The notes under the pieces: model-generated
What the model was told of the DNA's origin: nothing
Databases searched by the model: none
The model's input: only the letters and a program-made list of their open reading frames with translations
Position numbers and translations under genes: made by a program
NCBI GenBank assembly: GCA_913050325.1
Contig: CAJWZP010000001.1
Location: forward strand, 1,611 to 65,610
Source: an uncultured bacterium
GTDB lineage: Bacteria; Desulfobacterota_D; UBA1144
Length of the DNA: 64,000 nucleotides
Direction: 5' to 3'
In this document: piece by piece, positions 1 to 12,081 of the stretch
Layout: each line of letters opens with the position of its first letter
Position numbering within the stretch: the stretch's first letter is position 1

Positions 1-246
1 TTTAATATGTTTAGGAACAATATTTTTATCAAACTCAATATCTGAAGAATCTAAATGTTTATATTCATTTCTATAAAAATTTGATAAATCTGTAAACCGC
101 CAATCTTCATCTAATAAACTAGGCAAACCTTGCTTTCTAAAATTATCGAAGGATTTTTTTCTAAAAATATTTAAGTACTGAGACTTATTTTCAAAAGATA
201 AAAAGCTTTCATGCTGGTTTGATAAATTAGATTCAAAATCTTTCAA
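1..246 (-). CDS. sufD: Fe-S cluster assembly protein SufD, N-terminal part; the gene continues past the window edge
   Basis: Minus-strand translation just downstream of sufC gives LKDFESNLSNQHESFLSF...GLPSLLDEDWRFTDL, which reads as a SufD N-terminus. It has a TTG start 1 nt after the sufC stop and fits the canonical sufB-sufC-sufD order. It is not in the ORF track because it is open at the window edge. Confidence 0.55.
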   Translation of the reverse strand, partial: MKDFESNLSNQHESFLSFENKSQYLNIFRKKSFDNFRKQGLPSLLDEDWRFTDLSNFYRNEYKHLDSSDIEFDKNIVPKHIK

Positions 247-247
247 A

Positions 248-988
248 TTAGTTCTCCAACCAAGAATAGCCCTTTGATTCAAGCTCTAATGCAAGAGATT
301 TGTCACCTGACTTAACGATAACTCCTCCAACTAAAACATGGACAAAATCCGGAACTATATAATTCAATAATCTTTGATAATGTGTTATAACCAAAAAGGA
401 TCTATTCGCATCTTTATGAGCATTGACACCATTGGCAACTATTTGTAAAGCGTCAATATCTAATCCAGAATCAGTTTCATCTAATATTGACATGCAGGGG
501 TTCAGAATAGACATCTGAAGTATCTCATTTCTTTTCTTTTCTCCACCTGAAAAGCCCTCATTTAAAGATCGATTTAAAAGAGATTCGTCCATCTTTAAGT
601 GCTTAATCTTTTCTTTTGCTAACTTTATAAATTCAACGGGCTTTAGCGGATCTTCACCCTTAGACTTTCTTATAGAATTTAAAGCCTCTCTAAGAAAATA
701 ACTATTTGAAACACCTGGAATTTCAATTGGATACTGGAAAGCTAAAAAAATACCTTCTTGAGCCCTTTCTTCGGGTGACATCTCTAGAATACTTTCACCA
801 TTAAATAATATATCTCCATCTGTAATTTCATAATCTTCTTTACCAGCTAGGATAGATGCTAGTGTACTTTTTCCTGAGCCATTTGGTCCCATTATAGAAT
901 GAACTTCACCTTTTCCTATTGAAAGATTTAAGCCTTTAAGAATTTTTTTATCTTCTATGTTTGCATGTAAATTTTTAATTTCAAGCAT
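248..988 (-). CDS. sufC: Fe-S cluster assembly ATPase SufC
   Basis: 246 aa with Walker [10 protein letters not shown], an ABC signature region and the HYQRLL motif. It lies immediately downstream of sufB. Confidence 0.9.
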   Translation of the reverse strand: MLEIKNLHANIEDKKILKGLNLSIGKGEVHSIMGPNGSGKSTLASILAGKEDYEITDGDILFNGESILEMSPEERAQEGIFLAFQYPIEIPGVSNSYFLREALNSIRKSKGEDPLKPVEFIKLAKEKIKHLKMDESLLNRSLNEGFSGGEKKRNEILQMSILNPCMSILDETDSGLDIDALQIVANGVNAHKDANRSFLVITHYQRLLNYIVPDFVHVLVGGVIVKSGDKSLALELESKGYSWLEN

Positions 989-1019
989 ATAACTACCCCT
1001 ATTTAATATTGGACCTAAC

Positions 1020-2477
1020 TTAACCTACGCTGCCTTCAAGGCTTACACTAAGTAACCTTTCAGCTTCAACTGCAAATTCAAAAGGAAGCTCTTTAAAGAC
1101 CTCTTTACAAAAACCATTAACTATTAGAGATAAAGCATCCTCTTCTGACATACCTCTTTGTTGACAATAGAATATTTGATCTTCACCAACCTTGGAAGTA
1201 GTTGCCTCATGTTCTAATTGAGCAGATGGATTCTTTATTTCTATATAAGGGAAAGTATGAGCACCACATTTATCGCCTATTAATATTGAATCACACTGAG
1301 TGTAATTTCTTGCATCTTGAGCATTTTCAGAGACTTGAACAAGACCTCTATAAGTATTCTGTCCTTGTCCAGCAGAAATACCTTTAGATACTATAGTACT
1401 TTTAGTATTTTTTCCTAAATGAATCATCTTTGTCCCAGTATCAGCTTGCTGCCAATTGTTAGTTAAAGCAACTGAATAAAATTCACCCACAGAATTATCA
1501 CCAGTTAAAATACAACTTGGATATTTCCATGTAACAGCAGAACCGGTTTCAACTTGAGTCCAAGAAATTCGTGAATTTTTTCCAACACAATTTCCTCTTT
1601 TTGTTACAAAATTATAAATTCCACCTTTACCGTTTTTATCACCTGGATACCAGTTTTGTATTGTAGAATATTTAATAGTTGCATCATCATGCGCTAAAAG
1701 TTCAACACAAGCGGCATGAAGCTGACTAGTGCTCCTTTTGGGAGCGGTACAACCTTCAAGATAACTTACATGACTACCTTCATCAGCAATGATTAATGTT
1801 CGTTCAAATTGTCCTGTGTTTTCAGCATTAATTCTAAAATATGTAGATAATTCCATGGGACATCTAACACCTTTCGGAACATAAACAAAAGAACCATCAG
1901 TAAAAACAGCTGCATTTAATGCGGCAAAATAATTGTCACTTGCTGGAATGACTCTACCTAAATATTTTTTTATTAAACTTTCATGATCTTTAACAGCTTC
2001 AGAGAATGAACAGAAAATAATTCCAAGCTCAGCCAGCTTATCTTTGAATGTAGTTACAAGTGATACACTATCAAAGACAGCATCAACAGCTACACCCTCT
2101 AACATTTTTTGCTCCTCAAGAGGAATTCCCAATTTATCGTATGTTTCCAAAATTTCTGGATCAATATCATCTAGTGATTCGGGCCTTTCTTTTGGTGTTG
2201 CAAAATAACTCATTGAGTTATAATCAATTTTTTCAACTTTTAATTTTGCCCAATTTGGCTCTTTCATTTTGAGCCACTTTTTGTAAGCGTTTAATCTAAA
2301 CTTTAAAAGCCATTCAGGTTCTTCTTTTCTTTTAGAAATTTCACGAATTACATTTTCATTTAGACCAACAGGGAAGACATCTTGATCTACATCAGTTACA
2401 AATCCGTATTTATATTCTTCATTCTCAAGCATCTCTTTAGTTGCTTGATCGTTATCAATTTTTAATTCCTCTCTCAT
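1020..2477 (-). CDS. sufB: Fe-S cluster assembly protein SufB
   Basis: 485 aa of SufB/SufD-family sequence with the typical SufB length, sitting upstream of sufC. Confidence 0.9.
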   Translation of the reverse strand: MREELKIDNDQATKEMLENEEYKYGFVTDVDQDVFPVGLNENVIREISKRKEEPEWLLKFRLNAYKKWLKMKEPNWAKLKVEKIDYNSMSYFATPKERPESLDDIDPEILETYDKLGIPLEEQKMLEGVAVDAVFDSVSLVTTFKDKLAELGIIFCSFSEAVKDHESLIKKYLGRVIPASDNYFAALNAAVFTDGSFVYVPKGVRCPMELSTYFRINAENTGQFERTLIIADEGSHVSYLEGCTAPKRSTSQLHAACVELLAHDDATIKYSTIQNWYPGDKNGKGGIYNFVTKRGNCVGKNSRISWTQVETGSAVTWKYPSCILTGDNSVGEFYSVALTNNWQQADTGTKMIHLGKNTKSTIVSKGISAGQGQNTYRGLVQVSENAQDARNYTQCDSILIGDKCGAHTFPYIEIKNPSAQLEHEATTSKVGEDQIFYCQQRGMSEEDALSLIVNGFCKEVFKELPFEFAVEAERLLSVSLEGSVG

Positions 2478-2491
2478 TTTACCCTCTTTTT

Positions 2492-2902
2492 CTAAGTGTT
2501 AAATTTTTTACTGGCTAAATCCTTAACTGTTATCTTACTTAAAAATTCTAGAGTGTTAAGCTGAAGATGATCCCAGATAGATCTTTGATTACAAGTCTTG
2601 AAAAGTTCACAAACTTGATCGCCATCCATACAATCTATTAATTGTAAATCTCCTTCGATAGCTTCGTACACCTCCTTTAAAGAAATATTCATCGGATCTT
2701 TCTTGAAATAATAGCCACCATCTGGTCCTGATGATGAAGAAAGAATACCCCTTTGAACCAATTTCCTCATAATTTTGGCAAGATAGCTGTGAGGTATATG
2801 CTGTTTTTCTGAAACTAGTTTAATAGTTATATTTTCATCTCTAGAAGAAGCCATATAACTAAGCGATCTCACAGCATAATCTAATGTTTTGCTCACTTGC
2901 AT
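2492..2902 (-). CDS. Rrf2-family transcriptional regulator (IscR/SufR-like), probable regulator of the suf operon
   Basis: The N-terminus [18 protein letters not shown] is a typical Rrf2 wHTH. I place the start at the internal Met at 2902 because it has a GTGAGGT SD about 10 nt upstream and because the longer ORF would overlap the rplM promoter. A C-terminal Cys cluster (C..C..C) suggests an Fe-S-sensing Rrf2. Confidence 0.75.
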   Translation of the reverse strand: MQVSKTLDYAVRSLSYMASSRDENITIKLVSEKQHIPHSYLAKIMRKLVQRGILSSSSGPDGGYYFKKDPMNISLKEVYEAIEGDLQLIDCMDGDQVCELFKTCNQRSIWDHLQLNTLEFLSKITVKDLASKKFNT

Positions 2903-2961
2903 AGAATTTAACCTCACTTTAATATAACATAAAAAATAATTTTTACGCTTTTTCCCAATGC

Positions 2962-2990
2962 TTGACATGCATAAGCAATACAGTAATATA
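2962..2990 (+). promoter_or_regulatory. Candidate sigma-70 promoter for rplM-rpsI(-ino1)
   Basis: TTGACA at 2962-2967, a 16-17 nt spacer, then TAATAT at 2984-2989, about 30 nt upstream of the rplM ATG. A short inverted repeat ATGC...TGCAT flanks the -35 element. Confidence 0.3.
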
Positions 2991-3019
2991 TTAGCTTAAT
3001 TTCTTTATTGAGATAATTT

Positions 3020-3424
3020 ATGACAGATAAAAAATGGTTTTTAATTGATGCTAAAGATAAAGTAGTTGGTAGGTTAGCAACTAAAATAGCATCTATTCTA
3101 ATAGGAAAAAGCAAATCAACATTTACTCCTGGAACCGATAACGGTGATTTTGTTGTAGTTATAAATTCAGATTCACTTGTTTTTACTGGTAAAAAACTGG
3201 ATCACAAGTTTTATTATAGAAATACTGGTTTTCCTGGTGGTTTAAGAAGTAAAAAAGCTAGGGACCTAATGAAAGACGACTCACCAGAGATACTCAAAAA
3301 AGCTGTAAAGGGAATGTTACCAAAAAATAAATGGCAAGATAAGTTAATTTCTAGGTTAAGAGTTTATAGCTCGTCTGTCCATCCCCATGAAGCACAAAAA
3401 TTAGAAAATTTAGAGGTAATATAA
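3020..3424 (+). CDS. rplM: 50S ribosomal protein L13
   Basis: 134 aa reading MTDKKWFLIDAKDKVVGRLAT..., a canonical L13. Confidence 0.9.
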   Translation: MTDKKWFLIDAKDKVVGRLATKIASILIGKSKSTFTPGTDNGDFVVVINSDSLVFTGKKLDHKFYYRNTGFPGGLRSKKARDLMKDDSPEILKKAVKGMLPKNKWQDKLISRLRVYSSSVHPHEAQKLENLEVI

Positions 3425-3425
3425 A

Positions 3426-3815
3426 TTGTCAGAAAAATTTTATGCAACAGGTAGAAGAAAAAACTCAATAGCCAAAGTTTGGCTTAGTAAAGGGACTGGA
3501 AATATACTAATCAATAAAAGAGAAATAGACTCTTATTTCCCCAGAGATTTTTGGGTTAAGCATGCAATTGAAGCTCTTCAGGTAACTGATACTGATAAAG
3601 ATTTTGATATAAATATTTCAGTTTTAGGTGGAGGATTAACTGGTCAAAGTGGAGCAATTCGCTTAGGTATTTCAAGAGCCTTGGTCGTATATAATGAAAA
3701 TTTGAGAGAAAAATTAAAACCTAAGGGTTTATTATCAAGAGATTCCAGAATGGTAGAAAGTAAGAAATACGGAAAAAAGAAAGCTAGAAGAGGTCCTCAG
3801 TTCTCTAAAAGATAA
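3426..3815 (+). CDS. rpsI: 30S ribosomal protein S9
   Basis: 129 aa ending ...KKARRGPQFSKR, the canonical S9 C-terminus. It is adjacent to rplM. Confidence 0.9.
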   Translation: MSEKFYATGRRKNSIAKVWLSKGTGNILINKREIDSYFPRDFWVKHAIEALQVTDTDKDFDINISVLGGGLTGQSGAIRLGISRALVVYNENLREKLKPKGLLSRDSRMVESKKYGKKKARRGPQFSKR

Positions 3816-3822
3816 TTTTCTA

Positions 3823-5142
3823 ATGAAAAAAAAGTTCAAAGTCAGCAAACCCAAAGGGAAATTAGGAGTATTAATTCCTGGTATTTCCGGAGCTGTTAGT
3901 ACTACATTTATTGCAGGAATTCTTGCTAAGAAAAAAGGAGTTGGTGAACTTTTTGGTTCATTGTCTCAAATGGGCTCCATTAGAATAGGTAAAAGAACTG
4001 AGAATAAAACCCCTTTAATAAAAGACCTGCTCCCTCTTGCTGAGATAGAAGATATTGAATTTTTTGGATGGGATGTTTATAACGATAATTGTTATAATGC
4101 TTGTTTGAAATCCGGTGTATTAACTAAAGATCAAATAGAATTAATTAAAGATGAACTTGAAGAAATTCAACCACAAAAAGCTGTTTTTGATAAAAAATTT
4201 GCAGCTAATCTAAAAGGTAAAAATATTAAAAGAGAAAAAAATCTATTCAAATTAGCAAATGAGCTAATTGATGAAATAAATCTTTTTAAAGAAAAAAATA
4301 ATATTAAAAGACTTGTTATGGTTTGGTGTGGAAGCACTGAAATTTTTCTAAAAATAAAGAAAGTACATAAAACTATATCATCATTTGAAAAAGGTTTGAA
4401 AAATAATGATCCTGATATCTCTCCTAGTATGATTTATGCGTATGCAGCATTAAAATGTGGATCTGCCTATGCCAATGGTGCACCCAACCTATCTGTTGAT
4501 ATTCCAGCATTAATTAATTTAAGCATTAAAAATAAAGTTCCAATTTGTGGTAAAGATTTTAAGACAGGACAAACTTTAATGAAGACTATATTAGCTCCAG
4601 GTATTAAAAGTAGATTGCTAGGATTAAATGGTTGGTTTTCTACTAATATTTTAGGAAATCGTGATGGAGAAGTTCTCGATAATCCTAAAAATTTTAAAAC
4701 TAAAGAAGAAAGTAAATTAAGTGTTTTAGATCATATATTTCAACCTGATCTTTATCCAGATTTATACGGAGATTTCTATCATAAAGTACGAATAAACTAC
4801 TATCCACCACGAGGTGATGAAAAAGAAGCTTGGGATAATATAGACATTTTTGGTTGGCTTGGATATCCAATGCAAATTAAAGTTAATTTTCTTTGTAGAG
4901 ATAGTATATTGGCCGCACCTATAGTCCTTGATTTAGTAATTTTTATGGATTTAGCTCAAAGATCAGGGATGGTAGGCATCCAAGAATGGATGTCATTTTA
5001 TTTTAAAAGTCCTATGTATGGAGATAATCTATATCCTGAACATGATTTATTCATCCAAAGCATGAAATTGAAAAATACTTTAAGAATTCTCGCAGGTGAA
5101 AAAACAATTGACCACTCAGGCTTGGACTATTACTATGATTAA
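3823..5142 (+). CDS. myo-inositol-1-phosphate (inositol-3-phosphate) synthase family protein
   Basis: 439 aa with an N-terminal NAD-binding glycine-rich segment (GVLIPGISGAVSTTFIAGI) and MIPS-like core blocks. It sits 7 nt after rpsI on the same strand. Confidence 0.65.
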   Translation: MKKKFKVSKPKGKLGVLIPGISGAVSTTFIAGILAKKKGVGELFGSLSQMGSIRIGKRTENKTPLIKDLLPLAEIEDIEFFGWDVYNDNCYNACLKSGVLTKDQIELIKDELEEIQPQKAVFDKKFAANLKGKNIKREKNLFKLANELIDEINLFKEKNNIKRLVMVWCGSTEIFLKIKKVHKTISSFEKGLKNNDPDISPSMIYAYAALKCGSAYANGAPNLSVDIPALINLSIKNKVPICGKDFKTGQTLMKTILAPGIKSRLLGLNGWFSTNILGNRDGEVLDNPKNFKTKEESKLSVLDHIFQPDLYPDLYGDFYHKVRINYYPPRGDEKEAWDNIDIFGWLGYPMQIKVNFLCRDSILAAPIVLDLVIFMDLAQRSGMVGIQEWMSFYFKSPMYGDNLYPEHDLFIQSMKLKNTLRILAGEKTIDHSGLDYYYD

Positions 5143-5143
5143 T

Positions 5144-5406
5144 TTATAACTTAACGCCTGTTTCTAATGCAACTGTAACATTATTGTTTTCTACACTAAT
5201 TAATCCATCTCCAACTTCAAAAGATATAGTATTTCCATCATTGTTTATTACTTCTAAATCTCCACTTACAATATCAGATGCAAATAATGTATGTCCAGGA
5301 AGAATACCAAATTGACCTAAAGAATTTATAGCTGATATTCTTTTTGCTGAATCAGAGAAAAGGACTCCATCGGGAGTATAGATTTTTAACTCAAACGAAT
5401 CACTCA

Positions 5407-5407
<1 letters not shown>
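5144..5407 (-). CDS. atpC: F0F1 ATP synthase subunit epsilon (short form, beta-sandwich domain only)
   Basis: 87 aa, directly downstream of atpD with a 1-nt overlap. The N-terminal beta-sandwich motifs are present. The roughly 45-aa C-terminal two-helix regulatory domain found in most bacterial epsilon subunits is absent. Confidence 0.8.
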
Positions 5408-7663
<2,256 letters not shown>

Positions 7664-7670
7664 TAAATTA

Positions 7671-9170
7671 TTAACTAGCTCCCTTAAACTTATCTAAAGC
7701 TGATTTTATACTAGATATTAAATCGTCACTATATTCTGATTGAAGTGAATTTAAAAGATCTTTGTGGTTAGCTTCGAAATATTCATATAATTTTTCTTCA
7801 AATTCTAAAACTTTATCAGGCTCAATATCATCTGCATAACCGTTTGTTACAGCGAAAGCTAAAAGAACTTGTTTCTCCACAGGTAGTGGAACATATTGGC
7901 CTTGTTTTAAAGCTTCAACTAAACGAGATCCTCTTTCTAACTGTGCTTTAGTTGCATCATCCAAGTCAGATGCAAATTGAGAAAAAGCTTCAACTTCTCT
8001 ATACTGCGCCAAATCAAGCCTTAATGTTCCGGCAACTTTTTTCATACTTTTTACTTGAGCAGATCCACCAACTCTTGAAACTGATAAACCGACATTAATT
8101 GCGGGTCTTACTCCTGAATAAAAAAGATCTGTTTCAAGGAAAATTTGACCATCTGTTATTGATATAACATTAGTAGGTATATAAGCTGAAACATCTCCTG
8201 CTTGCGTTTCAATTATTGGAAGCGCTGTTAAAGAGCCACCCCCCAATTCATCACTCATTTTAGCCGCTCTTTCCAATAATCTTGAGTGTAAGTAAAAAAC
8301 ATCCCCAGGATAGGCCTCTCTACCTGGAGGTCTTCTTAATAATAATGAAAGCTGTCTATAAGAATAAGCATGCTTTGTTAAATCATCATAAATTACTAAT
8401 GCGTGTTTACCATTATCTCTAAAATACTCTCCAATAGCACACCCTGTAAATGGAGATAAAAACTGATAAGGAGCAGGGTCACTGGCATTTGCAGCTACAA
8501 CGGTAGTATATTCAAAAGCTCCATTTTCTTTTAACTTTTCAACAACTTGAGCAACTGTTGATTGTTTTTGACCTATAGCGACATAAACACAATAAACTCC
8601 TTTGCCCTTTTGATTAATAATTGTATCAACTGCTATAGCTGTTTTACCTGTTTGTCTGTCACCTAATATTAATTCTCTTTGCCCCCTTCCAATAGGAATC
8701 ATTGAATCAATAGCTTTAATTCCTGTTTGCAGTGGCTCACTTACAGATTTTCTCGAAATAACACCAGGTGCCTTTATCTCTACAGGTTTAAATTCCGATG
8801 ATTCAATTTCGCCTTTTCCGTCTACCGGTATTCCTAATCCATCTACTACTCTACCTAGCATTGAATCACCTACCCCAACCTGAGCAATCTTTCCAGTTCT
8901 TTTAACTTTATCACCCTCTAGAACCAGGCTGTCCTCACCGAAAACCGCGATACCAACGCTATCCTCTTCAAGGTTTAAAACTAGACCAAGTATCCCATTA
9001 TCAAATGAAACTAATTCTCCTGCCATAGCCTGATCTAGGCCATATACTTTTGCAATTCCATCACCGACTGATGTAACAGTACCTACTTCATCTGATTTAA
9101 AATCTAATTCTAATCCTTTTATTTTACTTTTTAATTGTTCACTTACTGTTTGGATTCCCGAATCTGACAT
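7671..9170 (-). CDS. atpA: F0F1 ATP synthase subunit alpha
   Basis: 499 aa with Walker A GDRQTGKT and the alpha signature. SD TAGGAGA lies upstream. Confidence 0.95.
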   Translation of the reverse strand: MSDSGIQTVSEQLKSKIKGLELDFKSDEVGTVTSVGDGIAKVYGLDQAMAGELVSFDNGILGLVLNLEEDSVGIAVFGEDSLVLEGDKVKRTGKIAQVGVGDSMLGRVVDGLGIPVDGKGEIESSEFKPVEIKAPGVISRKSVSEPLQTGIKAIDSMIPIGRGQRELILGDRQTGKTAIAVDTIINQKGKGVYCVYVAIGQKQSTVAQVVEKLKENGAFEYTTVVAANASDPAPYQFLSPFTGCAIGEYFRDNGKHALVIYDDLTKHAYSYRQLSLLLRRPPGREAYPGDVFYLHSRLLERAAKMSDELGGGSLTALPIIETQAGDVSAYIPTNVISITDGQIFLETDLFYSGVRPAINVGLSVSRVGGSAQVKSMKKVAGTLRLDLAQYREVEAFSQFASDLDDATKAQLERGSRLVEALKQGQYVPLPVEKQVLLAFAVTNGYADDIEPDKVLEFEEKLYEYFEANHKDLLNSLQSEYSDDLISSIKSALDKFKGAS

Positions 9171-9187
9171 TTTTAATCTCCTATATT

Positions 9188-9703
9188 TTAAATATTATTA
9201 AATTTTTCTATTTTACCTTTGATTGAACCATCATAAAATTTATCTTCGACTTGAAGTACAATTCCTCCAATAATATCAGGATCAACATTAAAATTAACTT
9301 CTAAATTAGAACCCCAAATATCTGACAACTCATTCATAATACTGTTTTTTTTATCATCATCAATACTAGAAACAAAGACTTCGATTTTTACTCTATCTAA
9401 AATTTTTCTTAGTTTTTTCAAAAAGAAATCATGTGATGAAATTAGATCATCTAATATTTCAAAATCTAAAACTGTTTTGAAAAAATTCATACTAGAATCT
9501 GAATCACCTACAATATCTTTGATTATTGATAATTTAGAATCTGAATCGTAAATATCATTTGTAAGGAAAACTTTAATTTCTTTATTTGATGATGTTATAT
9601 TGAAAAAATCAACTAAAGATGAATATATATTTTTTAATTCATCTTTTGATGTATCCGAGGATGTTATAGCTTGAAGAAAATCATTAATTGTTGCTGATGA
9701 CAT
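9188..9703 (-). CDS. atpH: F0F1 ATP synthase subunit delta (OSCP)
   Basis: About 171 aa of OSCP-like sequence between atpF and atpA. I place the start at the second Met to reduce overlap with atpF. The start at 9721 is also possible. Confidence 0.65.
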   Translation of the reverse strand: MSSATINDFLQAITSSDTSKDELKNIYSSLVDFFNITSSNKEIKVFLTNDIYDSDSKLSIIKDIVGDSDSSMNFFKTVLDFEILDDLISSHDFFLKKLRKILDRVKIEVFVSSIDDDKKNSIMNELSDIWGSNLEVNFNVDPDIIGGIVLQVEDKFYDGSIKGKIEKFNNI

Positions 9704-10199
9704 CTTTTTTAACCTCTTCAAGATAGTTTTTAATAATTTTTACGTCTTCTTGTGGTGTCAAACTAACCTTTATATCATTTAATGCAAGTTCAACAGCTTT
9801 ATTTAATATTTGATCTTCGATTTGATTATTAATTTTTTTTGTTTCCAACTTAATTATTTCTTTTGTATCTCGTTCAATTAAAGCAACCATAGAACTTGCA
9901 TTATCATTTATCTCGGCAACCTTATTATCACAAATTTTATTAGATGAATCTCTTATTTGAGTTACTTCATTGTCAATTTGACTAACTTTTGAAGAACTAT
10001 CATCATATAATTTTTGTGCAGATTCAATTATATCTTTTGCAGAATTTATAGAATTTTCAATGTTTAAACTTCTTGATTGAAAGAAAGATGTGACAGGCCT
10101 CTTGAGAAAGTAATAAAGAATCCCAACAAAAACAAACAAATTAAATAAATGTTGAGATGCAAATTTTAACTGTCCCACCAAATTAATTTCTTCAGCCAA
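9684..10199 (-). CDS. atpF: F0F1 ATP synthase subunit b
   Basis: 171 aa with a single N-terminal TM helix followed by a long charged coiled-coil, which is the b-subunit architecture. Confidence 0.7.
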   Translation of the reverse strand: MAEEINLVGQLKFASQHLFNLFVFVGILYYFLKRPVTSFFQSRSLNIENSINSAKDIIESAQKLYDDSSSKVSQIDNEVTQIRDSSNKICDNKVAEINDNASSMVALIERDTKEIIKLETKKINNQIEDQILNKAVELALNDIKVSLTPQEDVKIIKNYLEEVKKDVISNN

Positions 10200-10721
10200 C
10201 TAATTAATCCTCTCTTTAATAATTTTTGACACCTCTTTTATTTTCAAAGATATCTCATCATTACCATCTTTAATATCTGAAACAGATAAAATTTTAATCT
10301 TTTCGAGTATTTGAGCATTTGATAAATCTTTTTTTGATTCTTCTATCTCATTAATTGATTTATTTTTTGCTGCTTTAACTAATTCATCTGCAGCTATTTT
10401 TGCATTATTTATTTTTTCGAATGAAGTTTTATCGATATCAACTTTAAACTCATTAATTTTATCTTTATATTGAGCCTCTAGATTTTTAGCTTGTTCAGAC
10501 ATTGAATCTGCTCTTTCGAGCCTAACTGAACTTTCAATATCTCTATCCTCTTTTAATTGAAGTAAGGGTTGAAAAAGAAATTTGTTTAAGATTAAAAGAG
10601 CTGATATGTACATTATTAACTCAAAAAAGAATGTTCTATCAACGCTTAATACATTTGATGAATCAGCTGCAATTAAATAATTTGGTAATATAATTAAAAA
10701 TAAAAAAACTTTAATTTTCAT
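10200..10721 (-). CDS. atpF2: F0F1 ATP synthase subunit b' (second b-type subunit)
   Basis: 173 aa with an N-terminal TM segment and a coiled-coil tail. It is paralogous in architecture to the adjacent atpF. Confidence 0.6.
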   Translation of the reverse strand: MKIKVFLFLIILPNYLIAADSSNVLSVDRTFFFELIMYISALLILNKFLFQPLLQLKEDRDIESSVRLERADSMSEQAKNLEAQYKDKINEFKVDIDKTSFEKINNAKIAADELVKAAKNKSINEIEESKKDLSNAQILEKIKILSVSDIKDGNDEISLKIKEVSKIIKERIN

Positions 10722-10723
10722 TA

Positions 10724-11968
10724 CTAATCTCTGTAAAATTTATACAAAAGTGGAGGTGCTATGAAAGTTGTCAACATAACCATAATTGTCACAGCTGAAT
10801 ACTCACTTTTTGTAAATACCCCTGTCATTAAACCCATAGAAGCAAATATCAGTCCTACTTCGCCTCTAGGTATCATTCCAATGCCAATTACCAATTTATT
10901 GACATTTAATTGAAAAGCACCTAAACCACTAATCAGCTTACCAATAACTGCGACTATAAATAAAACTACGGCTAAAATTATAACAGCAATATTTTCCTTT
11001 ATAAAGGGGTTAAAAGAACTAATATCAACAGCAGATCCGACCATTATAAAAAATATTGGAATAAAGACATCGGCAACAGGCTTCAATCTATCCTCTATTA
11101 AATCTTTCTGATTAGTCTTGGCTAACAATAGGCCAGCAGCAAAAGCACCAATTATTGGAGCAAGACCAGATAATTTTGCTAAGTAAGCAAAAATAAAGGT
11201 ATATGCTAGTGCTCCGAGTAACAAACTACCTCTAGCTTTCAAACTATGAACAAAAATAAAAAGTTTTTTTGTAAAGACATTTCCTACTACAATAGCTAAA
11301 AATAGAAATCCAAAAGCTTTTAGGGATATTAGTAGAATTGATGAAACATTTATCGATAAATTACCATCAATAGAGCCACCGGAAGTTGTAACAATTCCAC
11401 TGACTACTGCTAGTATTATAAGTCCCAATACATCGTCTATGACAGCAGCTCCTAAAATTATTTTCGATTCTGTAGAATTTAATTTTTTCAACTCTGACAA
11501 AACTCTTGCAGTAATTCCAACACTTGTTGCTGTTAGAGTTGCTGCTACTGTCAAAGCTATTAGAAATAGTGCTCCCTCACTTTGAAAACTAATTAGATTA
11601 TAATCAGCCAACAAATATATTGTGTAATAACCTAAGAAGAAGGGAACAATAACTCCTAAAATTGCAACTATTAATGATGGCAAACCAACTTTTATTAAAT
11701 CATTTAAATCAGTTTCTAGACCAATTTCAAATAATAATATCGCAACTCCAACTTCGGCAAGGAGGTGAAAAAAATCATATCCTAATTCACCATATAAAGG
11801 TATTAATCCCAACATACCTAAAATTACTCCAGCTATCAATTCACCCAAGACTTCTGGCTGTTTGAATTTAACAAATATAGAACTTACAGCTTTACCAGCT
11901 ATAAATATACTAGCTAAAGCAAGAAAAAAACTTCCTAGAGTATAAGTTTCAGGATCATTAATTGACAT
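10724..11968 (-). CDS. cation:proton antiporter, CPA2/Kef-type Na+/H+ exchanger family, no KTN domain
   Basis: 414 aa polytopic membrane protein whose N-terminal region PEVLGELIAGVILG is typical of Na_H_Exchanger domains. Confidence 0.7.
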   Translation of the reverse strand: MSINDPETYTLGSFFLALASIFIAGKAVSSIFVKFKQPEVLGELIAGVILGMLGLIPLYGELGYDFFHLLAEVGVAILLFEIGLETDLNDLIKVGLPSLIVAILGVIVPFFLGYYTIYLLADYNLISFQSEGALFLIALTVAATLTATSVGITARVLSELKKLNSTESKIILGAAVIDDVLGLIILAVVSGIVTTSGGSIDGNLSINVSSILLISLKAFGFLFLAIVVGNVFTKKLFIFVHSLKARGSLLLGALAYTFIFAYLAKLSGLAPIIGAFAAGLLLAKTNQKDLIEDRLKPVADVFIPIFFIMVGSAVDISSFNPFIKENIAVIILAVVLFIVAVIGKLISGLGAFQLNVNKLVIGIGMIPRGEVGLIFASMGLMTGVFTKSEYSAVTIMVMLTTFIAPPLLYKFYRD

Positions 11969-12081
11969 ATTTATAACCGTTAGAACGTCTAAATTCTCTC
12001 ATGAAAAAAACCCTGAGTCAATCATGGTACAATATATTTTCATAAAATAGAAAAAAACATAATTTTATAAGATTTAATTAA

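Noticed and set aside
2903-2968. Longer N-terminal extensions from the ORF track for Rrf2 (to 2968), sod (TTG 20425), nrdA (35907), mscS (37490) and oppC (40373)
   Set aside because: In each case an internal start has a good SD at the proper spacing and gives a family-typical N-terminus. The extensions overlap promoters or neighbouring genes.
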